Source: Rebecca billardiae RCC1528
Taxonomy: Eukaryota > Protista > Haptophyta
Length of the DNA: 64,000 nt
Reading direction: 5' to 3'
Assembly (NCBI GenBank): GCA_965240325.2
Contig: OZ251233.1
Location: 1,674,001 to 1,738,000 of the forward strand
Shown here: piece by piece, positions 45,806 through 56,393 of the stretch
Layout of the letters: each line of letters opens with the position of its first letter
Position numbering within the stretch: the stretch's first letter is position 1
The notes under the pieces: model-generated
The model's input: the letters and a program-made list of their open reading frames with translations, nothing else
Told to the model about the DNA's origin: nothing
Databases searched by the model: none
Made by a program: the position numbers and the translations under genes

Positions 45806-48800
45806 GTGCGAGCCACAAACACAACCACTACGGTATCTAATACCACTACTACTACGGAGGCGGCGCGAGGCGCTGATCCGGCGTGGTTACGCACTTGGTC
45901 GGTTCGAACGGGCACCAATGACCAACGTCTACTCGAGCGCACGCGACGCGTGGCCGAGGGGATGGAGGGGGCGAACGCGCGGCGTGAGCCGCTTGACGAG
46001 CAGTCGGCGGCGGGCATGACGCGGCGGTCGTTCGCGGACGCGATGCCGACGGCGCACTACCCTGGGCAGGTGACGCACGTCGACATCTTCTCTATGGCGC
46101 GGATCGACTTACCAGTTGGGGCCGATGGCGCACGTGGAGGGTATCCTCATGGGATCATATTCATCGATGGGCATTCACGTCGATGGCAAGTGTACGCGCT
46201 ACGCAGCTTGGATGACGCCGAGGTTGGTCGGGCATTCCGCTGGTACGCGCAGTTGCTTGGTACAGGGGCCATGCACATGTCGCATTGGGTCCTGGCGTCG
46301 GGGTGTACTATGGCGCGACGCCATATTCACACCGACGGTGGCTCGACGCTGCTGAGTACGTACGTCGAGGGTGAGCTGGCGAAGCTTGGGTTCTCGTCGA
46401 CGGTCACGTCGGCGCCCGACTCGCCGAGCTCGAATGGCGTGGCGGAACGCGCTATCCGCACGCTGAAGTCGAGACTGCGCGCCACGGTCGTTGCGCGTGG
46501 AGTCTCGAGGGTCGATTGGCACTACGCGGCGTGGCACGCATGCGCGTCGCGCAATCGACTGGCGTCACGTGGTATCATTCGTGACGATGGCGACATTGAG
46601 TGGCTCACGCCGGATGAGCTGTTCTTTGGCAAACGCCCGACGTGGAAGCATCACGTGGCGTTTGGCGCGCGCTGCCGCGTGCTGATGCTGGGCGCACGGC
46701 GCAATGCATTGGGGCAGCTGAAGCAGCGCGCACTACCCGGACGTGTCTATCTCTGGGGTGGGCACGGCGTGCAGTGGCGCGGTACATGGCGCTACGTGCT
46801 TGGGTACGTATGTCGTTTAGACGACGGACGTCTCGTTCACTCACGTGACGTACGCATCGACGAGACCGACCTGGTCGAGGGGGGGCACTCGTCGCTGGGC
46901 GCACCTGACGGTGGCGCGTACGTGGGTGATGGTGACGACGCCGCGGTAAGCGGCGGATATCGTCCAGTCGGCGGTGACGCCGACGGTGAGGACGAGGACG
47001 GCGATGGCGGCGAGACGCCAGCCGACGCCGGGAATGACGACGCGACAGAGTTCGACGTCGGGTACGACGACGACGCAGATGCGTCAACGTCGGGGCGCGG
47101 GCGCAGCAGCGTGGACGCGGGACAACGCGGGTGCAGCAGCGCGGGCGCACAGCCGTCGACGTCGACGCCGCAGGGCGGGCGCGGCGGGGCAGGCGCGTCA
47201 ATGACGCAGCCGGGTCGGCAGGATCAGATACCGCCGACGGAATCACGGCGCGGGACCGCAGCAGATGCTGGCGGGTCGCCGCGCGGCGCAGACGGTGACG
47301 ACGGCGTGATCGAGGACGCGCCGCCGCCCGGTCTGGATATGGGACACGATCCGCTTCGCAGGGATCGGACGTCACGCCGACGGCCGCAGCTGCTTACTGC
47401 CGTCGTCAGCGCCGCGTCGGTGTTCCAGAAGATCAACGTGAAGGTGCCGACGAACTATCGCGAGGCGATGCGGTCGGCGGAGGCGCCCCAGTGGCAGGGC
47501 GCCATGCTCGAGCACTTGGAAGGTCACAAGTTGCTCGGCACCTCGGAGGAGGTGGTGGTTCCGGAGGGCACGCGGGTGTTGCCGAGCCAGTGGGTCTTTG
47601 ACGTCAAGTCGAACCCGGAGGGCGAGGTGACGCGCTTCAAGGCGCGGTCGGTGCTACTGGGGAACCTACAGCGGCCGGGGATCGACTTTCAGGAGGTCTT
47701 TGCTCCGACGATCCGGCCGGAACAAGTGCGACTACTCGTTGCGATCGCCGCTCAGCAGGCGGGCGCGAGGGTCGACTTGGGTGGAGCGTCGGTTGCAGCG
47801 CTGGGCATACTGTCGAAGGGCGACGTCAAGGACGCGTACCTCAACTCGGAGTTGAAGCCGGATGAGCGGCCTCTCTTCTCATTCCCGCCGGGCTACGTGC
47901 CGAGCACGCAGGCGCCGCCGGGGCACAAAGTCGTGGGCCGGAGCCTGAAGGCGTATCCGGGCCTACGCCAGTCTGGGCGCGCGTGGCATCGCACGCACCG
48001 CACCCAGCTGCTCGCGCGCGGCTTCTCGGAGTGTCCGAGTGCGCCGTGCATCTACGTCAAGGAGTCGGCGCCGGGCGAGTTCATCATCGCGGGCGGCTTT
48101 GTCGACGACTTGCTGTTTCTCAACCTGACGCGCGACGCGCGCGCGGTGGAGAAGCTGGCGGCTGACCTGAAGGAGCATTACGAGATCAAGCTGAGTGAGC
48201 GGCTCGATAAGTTCCTGGGCGCCGTGTTTGAAGTTCATGACGACGGCATCCTGATGCACCTGGGGCCGTACGTCGAGAGCGTGCTTCAGCGGTTCGGTTT
48301 GAACGCGAGCACGCCGGCGCGCACGCCGGAGCCGGCGGCGCGGACGCAGCTGAGCGACGACGATGAGGCGTTGCTGCAGCGCGCGGAGATTGAGAACTAC
48401 CAGGCGATGGTGGGATGTCTCATGTTTGCGATGGTCACGGCGCGGCCGGACATCGCGCACGCGGTGAACATGCTGACGCGACGCATGTCACGTCCGCGGG
48501 CGGTGGATCTGGTAAGTGCGAAGCGCGTGCTGCGCTACTTACGTGGATGCCCGCGATTGGGAATCTTGTTCAAGTTTGCGACAGATTCCGAGCACCCCGA
48601 CCTACTTGCTTTCGCTGACTCCGATTGGGCAAGCAATCCGGTGGAGACCAAGGGCAGGTCAACGGGTGGATACATTGTGTTCTACAATGGGGCGCCGGTG
48701 TCGTGGCACAGCGGGCTGCAAGGTACAGTCTCGCTGAGCTCGACGGAGGCGGAGTACGTCGCGCTGAGCGATTGCTGCCGCGAGGTGAGCTACTTGCGGA

Positions 48801-49090
48801 GCATACTCGAGTCCATGCGGCAGCCGCCGCGGGCCGCGACGGAGGTGCGAGAGGACAACAAGGGGGCTATCGACCTCGTGGAGAATCCTGTGCACCACAA
48901 GCGCTCGAAGCACATCGAGATCAAGCATCACTATGTGCGTGACGCGCAGGAGGGTGGCAAGGTGAAGGTGGTCAAGGTACACACCTCACTCAACCACTCT
49001 GACATCATGACGAAGGCGACGGACGGTGCGACGTTCAAGCGGCACGTCGACGCCATCATGGTGGACCGACACCCGACGCGCGCGCGGTAA
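45806..49090 (+). CDS. pol: Copia integrase-RT-RNase H region (frame open from 45380 or earlier; -1 relative to gag-PR)
   Basis: IN HVDIF / HTDGG / NGVAER; RT RFKARSV, DVKDAYLN, PGLRQSGRAW, FVDDLL; RH FADSDWA, SSTEAEY, EDNKGAI, SDIMTK. Confidence 0.95.
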   Translation: MRATNTTTTVSNTTTTTEAARGADPAWLRTWSVRTGTNDQRLLERTRRVAEGMEGANARREPLDEQSAAGMTRRSFADAMPTAHYPGQVTHVDIFSMARIDLPVGADGARGGYPHGIIFIDGHSRRWQVYALRSLDDAEVGRAFRWYAQLLGTGAMHMSHWVLASGCTMARRHIHTDGGSTLLSTYVEGELAKLGFSSTVTSAPDSPSSNGVAERAIRTLKSRLRATVVARGVSRVDWHYAAWHACASRNRLASRGIIRDDGDIEWLTPDELFFGKRPTWKHHVAFGARCRVLMLGARRNALGQLKQRALPGRVYLWGGHGVQWRGTWRYVLGYVCRLDDGRLVHSRDVRIDETDLVEGGHSSLGAPDGGAYVGDGDDAAVSGGYRPVGGDADGEDEDGDGGETPADAGNDDATEFDVGYDDDADASTSGRGRSSVDAGQRGCSSAGAQPSTSTPQGGRGGAGASMTQPGRQDQIPPTESRRGTAADAGGSPRGADGDDGVIEDAPPPGLDMGHDPLRRDRTSRRRPQLLTAVVSAASVFQKINVKVPTNYREAMRSAEAPQWQGAMLEHLEGHKLLGTSEEVVVPEGTRVLPSQWVFDVKSNPEGEVTRFKARSVLLGNLQRPGIDFQEVFAPTIRPEQVRLLVAIAAQQAGARVDLGGASVAALGILSKGDVKDAYLNSELKPDERPLFSFPPGYVPSTQAPPGHKVVGRSLKAYPGLRQSGRAWHRTHRTQLLARGFSECPSAPCIYVKESAPGEFIIAGGFVDDLLFLNLTRDARAVEKLAADLKEHYEIKLSERLDKFLGAVFEVHDDGILMHLGPYVESVLQRFGLNASTPARTPEPAARTQLSDDDEALLQRAEIENYQAMVGCLMFAMVTARPDIAHAVNMLTRRMSRPRAVDLVSAKRVLRYLRGCPRLGILFKFATDSEHPDLLAFADSDWASNPVETKGRSTGGYIVFYNGAPVSWHSGLQGTVSLSSTEAEYVALSDCCREVSYLRSILESMRQPPRAATEVREDNKGAIDLVENPVHHKRSKHIEIKHHYVRDAQEGGKVKVVKVHTSLNHSDIMTKATDGATFKRHVDAIMVDRHPTRAR

Positions 49091-49126
49091 GCGGCGCAGC
49101 TCGCGGCTATGGCTGTCGAGGGGGGG

Positions 49127-49736
49127 TGTTGAGCTGACGCAGCCTGGGGCGCGCATCTCAGCAGATGGCGTCGCCGCTGGGACGTCAGGGCCGGCGCCGC
49201 ACCAGGCGGGCCGGCGTCATCAGCTACGGAGCAGTGGCTGGCTGGCGGCGCGCGCGCGCGGCGCGCGCGGCGGCAGGAGCGCGAGCGCAGCAGCGCTGGC
49301 GCGGATCGACGTGGACGCGGAGCGCGGACGCGGCAGCGCGGACGCGGAGCGACACGGACGCGGCGCGTGCGCGGGCGGTACGGCCCGGCGCAGCGCGGCA
49401 CGGTGACGTCGCACGGGCATGGCCCGGACGCCATCGTGGGAGTCCATCCGGATTTCCACTTTCGGAAAAGTGGGAATCCGGCTGAGGGTGGACGGACGAG
49501 GACGTCCGGGAGTTACGTCGGGACGGGCGGTTTTCGGGAAGGTAACGCATTCCCCGGAGCCGGCCGCGACGTGGTCACCCCGCGACCAAAAAGGTCGGCG
49601 GGAGGTTAGCTTGTCTTCGTAAAGGAGCGAAGGGAAGGAGGTTGCCTCTCGTGGTCAACATCGACGACGCGCCCGAGGACGCGCCGGTGAGCTTTTAGCA
49701 GGGCTCGACACGCTCGGAGCTCGCGTTTACCCAATA
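49127..49736 (+). repeat. 3' LTR
   Basis: Direct repeat of 42558-43167, preceded by the PPT. Confidence 0.97.
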
Positions 49737-50150
49737 ATATATATCGATATGACAATGTTGGTGACACTGGCATATAACTAGTTACGACACGTGAGCAGCA
49801 CGTTCATTGATTGATCGCGCGCGGCGCTGGGAGGTCGGATGATTGTGGTCGACGTCGTCACTGGCACCGCGATGCCGACAGCTACTAGCTAGGCGGCCAC
49901 TGTTACAGTTACAGAGTCAAATAAAAGGTGACTGAGGTCTGAGCATAACTACTGCTGTTATGACGACGTCGCCACTTACGCAGCGGGTGTCGCCCATATA
50001 ACGGTATAATAATCCAGTCACTAGTTTAGTTAGGTGGTACCTTAGAAGGATGGTGTCACAGTAGTCAGTTGGCCTCGCAGTTCGGATGACGTTGTGGAAG
50101 CCTGGGCTGAATGCTGATATCGATCAGTCATCGTCAATTAATACGTACAG

Positions 50151-50510
<360 letters not shown>

Positions 50511-50719
50511 GTGACATCAACGTCAACCACTCAATGCTGACTCACCGTTGGCGCCCGTCATTGTCGGATTCCAATGTAAACTATATAATTTTTTTGTTGC
50601 GGAACATGTATGCGCTAGCTGCTGGTCGGTGGTGACCGTTGATGCCTTCATCGACATCGTCGGAACGGTTTCCGATTCTTAATTACTGCCAGCTCCAGAT
50701 ATATATGTCAGTGCTGGTG

Positions 50720-50721
<2 letters not shown>

Positions 50722-50802
<81 letters not shown>
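50722..50802. repeat. (TA)n microsatellite
   Basis: Direct observation. Confidence 0.97.
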
Positions 50803-50805
<3 letters not shown>

Positions 50806-50991
50806 CAGACGCCAATATCATCAGTCGTCATCACACGGCGACTACATATACGCTATACGCGGTCCGGCGGTGTGACAGAGTACTCGTTACTTAGTGACCG
50901 TCGTCGTACTAAGTTATAACTTCCGTGAATCGCGACTGGGAACGCCGCCGCCACTTAGCTCAGCTGTGCAGTGGCCCAGGTAAGCCATTCA

Positions 50992-51639
50992 TCAGGAAAG
51001 ACTGCGGCCGTCACGTTCGGGTGGCATCGCCGAGGACGAGACACTGCTACGCCACGGCAGCACCACCGGAATTGAGCCGTGCCATCTGCAGGCCGTGCCG
51101 CCTTTTCCGTTCTCGTTCCGGCCAAAGCCAGTGATGCGCTCTTCGAAGGTCAGTGCCACCCCACGCTCACGGCATGCAGATGCATGTTGCTGGACGATGG
51201 CCTGTAGGTCTGCCGCAAACGCATGTGTGCCCTTGTGCTTCAGGTAATGGTGAGCTCCATTCCCGCCCACGCCGAGCAGCACGAAGAGAACGACCACGAG
51301 GATCAACGGCCAAATGATTGCGCCTTCCGTGATGCCAGCCACGACACCAGTCGCGAGAAACGCGGGGGGCAAGATGATGACGCCCGGTATCACCACCCGG
51401 CGCGTGGTATCCATCTTGTACCCGTTGGAGATCAGCTTGTCAGCTGCCTCACAGAATGCATCGCGGATTTGCGCCCAAGAGTCTGCGCGGAGCTGTGCCT
51501 GTACTTGGCCCGGGACGGCCGACTCCCGATCATACGAGGGAGTCAGTACTGTGGCGAAGCACTTCCCTGGCGACTCGATGACCTGTAGCACTGCTACCGT
51601 CTCCGTCTCTTGCATCTCGACGCTTTTCGAGTTTCCCAT
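50992..51639 (-). CDS. Two-TM membrane protein with MG-xx-KS myristoylation-like start (ERF4/Golgin-A7-like architecture possible)
   Basis: MGNSKS start; two hydrophobic helices; RERGVALTFEE after the TMs. Confidence 0.6.
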   Translation of the reverse strand: MGNSKSVEMQETETVAVLQVIESPGKCFATVLTPSYDRESAVPGQVQAQLRADSWAQIRDAFCEAADKLISNGYKMDTTRRVVIPGVIILPPAFLATGVVAGITEGAIIWPLILVVVLFVLLGVGGNGAHHYLKHKGTHAFAADLQAIVQQHASACRERGVALTFEERITGFGRNENGKGGTACRWHGSIPVVLPWRSSVSSSAMPPERDGRSLS

Positions 51640-52884
51640 CTCGCGAGCACGGCCGCGGCGCAAGTTCGTGTGTCGTCGGACGGGAGCCACCTGGGACGGT
51701 CGTCGTTTCGTCTGAACAATGATGAGTACAGTATGAATGTATGATATATAATAGTACTACTGTGGTAAGTAGGAATAAAGCAGATATGCTATGATTGATA
51801 GGATCTTGCATGCACTTCCGGGTAAGCGTATAAGACCGCGTTACAGCGAAAACCGACTACGAAAAGAAAGGAGGCGCGATGACCGATGTTGGTCCGCAAG
51901 CAAAGTCGTACAGTAGTAGCTTTTTTCTCTCGAGCGACGACCGCGACGCTCCGCGACATCACACCAAGCAAGGGCCGTAATCACACGATCATCACTCTTT
52001 CTCTCGCGAGTTATATAATTCTGGGTGCCGAACCTCCAGCGAGTGATGTCGCCGTTTAATCATAGAATGAGTCTGAGAGCACTCCTGTCGGTCTAGACGG
52101 AGAGGAGAGGTCAGAGGACGGCCCAGGCCTGCCGCGGGCGCACATCAGGGCAGTCTGTGAGGCATACTAGCAGCCGTCGACCGCACGGGCCAAGGGCAAG
52201 TGTGATTGAAGTGAGTCACTGACGGACTGAGACTGTCACTGTGTCTGTGCATGTGTTCAAAGTCTTGTGCCCTTGTGACGACTGTGCCGCACCAGACAGC
52301 ACACGGTCCCGAATCCCGATGTGACGGCGGTAATGAGTAATCACTGGGACGGACAGTGAGTCACAGTGACCCGGCGTCTCGGGCCGTGAACTAAGCCTCT
52401 ATCTAGAGACCGTAGACAGTACTGTAGACAGTAGTCAGACAGTGACAGTCACGGTACGGTCGGTAGACTGATCGATGATCGTCTGCTGACGATGAGTGAT
52501 TGATGATGGCCTGATGGGCCTGGACCTGGTCTGTAGAGTGTAGAGTTGAGTACTGATAACTTCATCGAACCGTGTTAAAACGTGTTACTACACCTCAGTG
52601 ACTAGGCTACACGGTGTCCCAACGCGGACCGTGAATTAAACGTCGGTACTCGAAATACTATTATTATAATACTGTAGTAAGTGTAGCTGCTTACGTCGCA
52701 GATGATTAAATATTATTTATTATAATAATACTATCGGAATTATTATTGCTGTGGCATAATAACATGACGACACAATATAATACTACGTCCGGTGTGCAGG
52801 GTCCGGTTCGGGTGTCGCCACTGCGAGTTGCCATCGGCAATGTTGGCAGGGGCCCATTATCAGCATGGCAATGAATCATGGCAT

Positions 52885-54267
52885 TCATGCCACGGGCACG
52901 GCGTGCTCGGCCTCGTCCTCGGGCGCCTCGGGGATGCTGGGCTGCGACGGCTGGCGCAGGAGCGCAGTGCGCACGCTCGATGCTCCGGGCGCCCCCTGCT
53001 TGGGCGAGCTGCGCAGGCCGCCCTGCGGCAGCGTCCGCCTGAGCAGCCGGTTGGTCGAGACGAAGAGGGCGGTCAGGCAGACGGCGCCGCCGACCGCAAA
53101 CGCGAGCAGGATGCGCCGCCCGTGCGTCTGCCTTGGCGTGAGCTGGGCGCCGCGCGGGTCGGTGGAGGGCGAGCCGGCGGGCGCGGAGGGTTCGATGCTC
53201 GTGCCCGGCTCGCAGCCGATCGGCCCCGGCTGCGACTGGAAGCGCTTGTCCCCGAGCACGCGCTGCCGCCACAGCGCTCGGTGCCGCGCGTCCGCCTCGA
53301 GCCGCGTGTCGCCCCAGCCTCCGCCGGTCCACATGGGTTGCGCGCTCCAGTTGCAGTCGATGTACGCGAAGAGGCGCACGTCGCGCGCCTCGATCCACGT
53401 CAGCAGCGGCTCGAACCAGCTCGCCCACGTGTCCGCCGCCAGCGCCGTCCCGTTGTGCACGCCCGCGCCCGCGTGCGCGTTGCCCGGCACGTCGCGCGCC
53501 GACGGCGAGTGCAGGCCTCCAAAGGGCGTGGCCTCGGCGATCATGAGGGGCAGCCGGCGGATCGCGGCGAAGTCGGCGACGCGGTCCATGTGCCCCGTGC
53601 CGCCGTACCCCTCGAACATCTGCTGGAACGCGGAGACGCCCACCCAGTCGACGAACGCCGCGCCCGGGAACCACTCGCCAATCGGCCGGTCGTCGGCCGG
53701 CGCAAACCCCCACGAATGCCACGCAAACGCGACATTGGGCACACCGCGCGCGCGCACGCGGGTGACGAAGCGGCGGTACGCCGAGATGAACTCGGTCGGG
53801 TCGTACGCGTTCCCTGGGTTGTCGAACTCGTACCCGAAGCGCACGTACACGGGCACGCCCGCGTCGCGTATCCAATCAGCCAGCTCATCGATCGAACGGT
53901 CGTGCACGCCGGCGGTCACGTTGCGCAGCTCGCCAACGGCCCACACGGCCAGGAGGAGCGACGCGCCAGGGTAGGTGCGCACGAGATCGTCCACATCCTG
54001 CACGCCCCCGCCGTGGTCTGCGCGGGCGCGCACGCCGCCGAGCGTGACGACATCCGTGTACGCGCTCAGGCCAGCCGGCGCGCCAAAGGTGTCGGCGTAG
54101 CTCGCAATCGAGTCCACGTCCTGGCCGACGACGAGGAGCGTCTTGCCGGTTTTGGGCACGCACGGCCGCGCGCTCGTGCCGCGCGTGAGCGCGACCAGCA
54201 CGACGACTAGCGCGCGTGCCGTGCCGACGCGGGTCGCGGCTCGTCGCTTCGCGGGTGGGCGGTCCAT
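52885..54267 (-). CDS. Membrane-anchored glycoside hydrolase family 26 (beta-1,3-xylanase/mannanase-like)
   Basis: VYVRFGYEFDN (acid/base), NVAFAWHS, WFPGAAFVDWVGVS, PLMIAEATP (nucleophile); signal-like leader; C-terminal TM. Confidence 0.88.
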   Translation of the reverse strand: MDRPPAKRRAATRVGTARALVVVLVALTRGTSARPCVPKTGKTLLVVGQDVDSIASYADTFGAPAGLSAYTDVVTLGGVRARADHGGGVQDVDDLVRTYPGASLLLAVWAVGELRNVTAGVHDRSIDELADWIRDAGVPVYVRFGYEFDNPGNAYDPTEFISAYRRFVTRVRARGVPNVAFAWHSWGFAPADDRPIGEWFPGAAFVDWVGVSAFQQMFEGYGGTGHMDRVADFAAIRRLPLMIAEATPFGGLHSPSARDVPGNAHAGAGVHNGTALAADTWASWFEPLLTWIEARDVRLFAYIDCNWSAQPMWTGGGWGDTRLEADARHRALWRQRVLGDKRFQSQPGPIGCEPGTSIEPSAPAGSPSTDPRGAQLTPRQTHGRRILLAFAVGGAVCLTALFVSTNRLLRRTLPQGGLRSSPKQGAPGASSVRTALLRQPSQPSIPEAPEDEAEHAVPVA

Positions 54268-54452
54268 GTTGGACACCGCCGTGCTCGGCGCCTTGGCCTT
54301 CTACTCCTTGCTTGAGCGGCCGCCGAGAAAACACCGGACTCAAGCGCCGAGCGGCAAGCAGCCGGAAGTTGAAAGTACCGCGGCGCCCGTGCCGGAGCCA
54401 CTGCGGAAGCCGGGAAGCGGTTGCTCAGTGCTCACCGTCATCCGGACGCACA

Positions 54453-54562
54453 CGGACTGCAAGGTCCAGGCCAAACCGTGCGTCCCACAAGCGATGGCGT
54501 AGGCTGGCAAGCGGATGAGAGTTGGAGCGCACCCAAGCCATTCGCCTCGTCGCTCTGGGCAG
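54453..54562 (+). pseudogene. Truncated duplicate of the 5' end of the GPCR gene at 58190
   Basis: 44-bp exact match 54519-54562 = 58208-58251, plus upstream partial matches (CGGACTGCAAG, CAAGCGATGGCG). Confidence 0.75.
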
Positions 54563-54589
54563 GCGGCGTGCCGTCCGTGGACGCCCCCA

Positions 54590-55695
54590 CCCTACTGCAT
54601 CGCCGATGCGGGTGATGCAGGTGATGCAGTCCGGGTGGCGGCAGTCCGGGCTGGCGGCGGCGCGCGGCGCGCCGGCCGCGGAAGCCGCGGCCCCCTGCAC
54701 CGCCGATGCAGGTGATGCAGGTGGTGCAGGCGGTGCATAATCCGGGTGGCGGCGGTCCGGGCGGGCGGCGGCTCGTCGCGGTAGTCCTGGCGCGGACGCG
54801 GAGATGACAGCGGCGGCCTGGATGGGGAGGGCCCCACCCGCGCCAGCGGTGCATGCGGCGCAGGTGTCTGCTCGGCGCCGCGGCCTGCGGACCGATGATC
54901 ACAGTCGCTGGTAGTGAGCAAGACGGGGTGGGCGGGCGGGGGGGGCGACTAGGAGCAGGCGCCATTCACAAGCACGACACCGTTGGAGAGGACGCCCTGT
55001 ACGGGGCTCACAAAGACCGCTCGAGCACCAGAGCGGATGCCGAGTCCGGCCGAGCGCACAGCCTGGGGTGCCCCCATCCATGCCATGCGGCCCACGTGCG
55101 CGGCCCGTCCGCCTCGGCGGCCGCTGGCAGCCTTGCCAAACCGCGCCCACCGTGCGCCGCGTGGGCTCCGCGCAGGGAGCACGCGGACATGACGGCGGCC
55201 AACAGGCGCAATGTCGGCTCTCACCTGTGCGCTCGGCCCGAAGGGCGCGTGCGACTCAGTCATCGCCATCGGCGCGCAATGCCACGACGGCGGCTGCCAC
55301 GCCATCAGCGGCACCGGCCGCGGCCACGACTGCGGCGATGCCTGGCTGTCGCGGCGCGGCTCAGGGCACAGTGCGCGGGCTAGGACTTCCACAGCCAGCG
55401 CGCCGCGCGCCGCCCCCCCCCCCCCCCGGACTCAGACTGCCGCCACCCCGACTGCATCACCTGCACCGCCTGCATCACCTGCGGCTGCATGCAGCGGTGC
55501 AGGGGGGGCTTCCACGGCCGCCGGGCCGTGGACTGCAGTCCTGGTGATGGGCAGTCCGGGCGAGTGGCGAGGGCGGCGGCGGCCCGTGGGGAAACCCTCC
55601 CTCTGCATCGACGTCGACCGATGCAGGTGATGCAGGACAGCAGTAGGTGGTGCACGGGTTATGATGAAGTCCGGGTGGCGCGGCAGTCCGCGGGC
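54590..55695. repeat. Dispersed (GATGCAGGT)n-TCCGGGTGGCGGC module, three direct copies and one inverted
   Basis: Copies near 54595-54660, 54695-54765, 55432-55500 (inverted) and 55605-55695. Confidence 0.7.
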
Positions 55696-56393
55696 GGGCG
55701 GCGGCGCGCGGCATTGGTCACAAAGCTGCACCACCGGGGTAATGGGCAATGGCACTCATCAGTCCGAAGATCGATCTATCGTTATCATTATTAGCTAGTG
55801 ATGAGAGTAGTCAGTGTGCCGCAGCTTAGTGAGCTTGGCTGCATAGTATCACTGATGGGTGTCTTGGCATCCGACTGGATGTCTTGTGCAGCCTGCTGCA
55901 TGCACTGGCATTCTGGTGACTTCATTGCGCCGCAACTCATGTCGTCATCATCCAGTCCGATCAGCAGCTAGCATCGTCAGTCGTCTTATGTGAAGCGCGT
56001 GGCTAGCTGCTAGTGCTACGCTAGTAATTAGTATAAACTGGCGCCGCCAATGGTACTACTAAGTAACTAATCGTCTTATTCTGAAGATGAGACTTCGCCG
56101 TACCGTATTGCGGACACGGACATCAGTGCTGAGTACGTCATCGGAAGATACGATACCGAAGCATCATCAGTCGTCGTTGATCAGTCGTGCCACGAAGTGC
56201 CGGCCGATGATAGGACTGATGACGTCCTTCGTAGGCATAACAGTAAGGGGCTAAGGCGGACAGTCCGAGCCCGCGGTCGGTGGGTCAGCCATTGGAATCG
56301 ACGGTCGGTGATCGCGCCGCGTGTTCCGAGCCCCGAAAGCTCGAGGGGCGCACCGCGCCAGGTGCCCTGGCACATGCAGTGTGCGCAGCGGCT

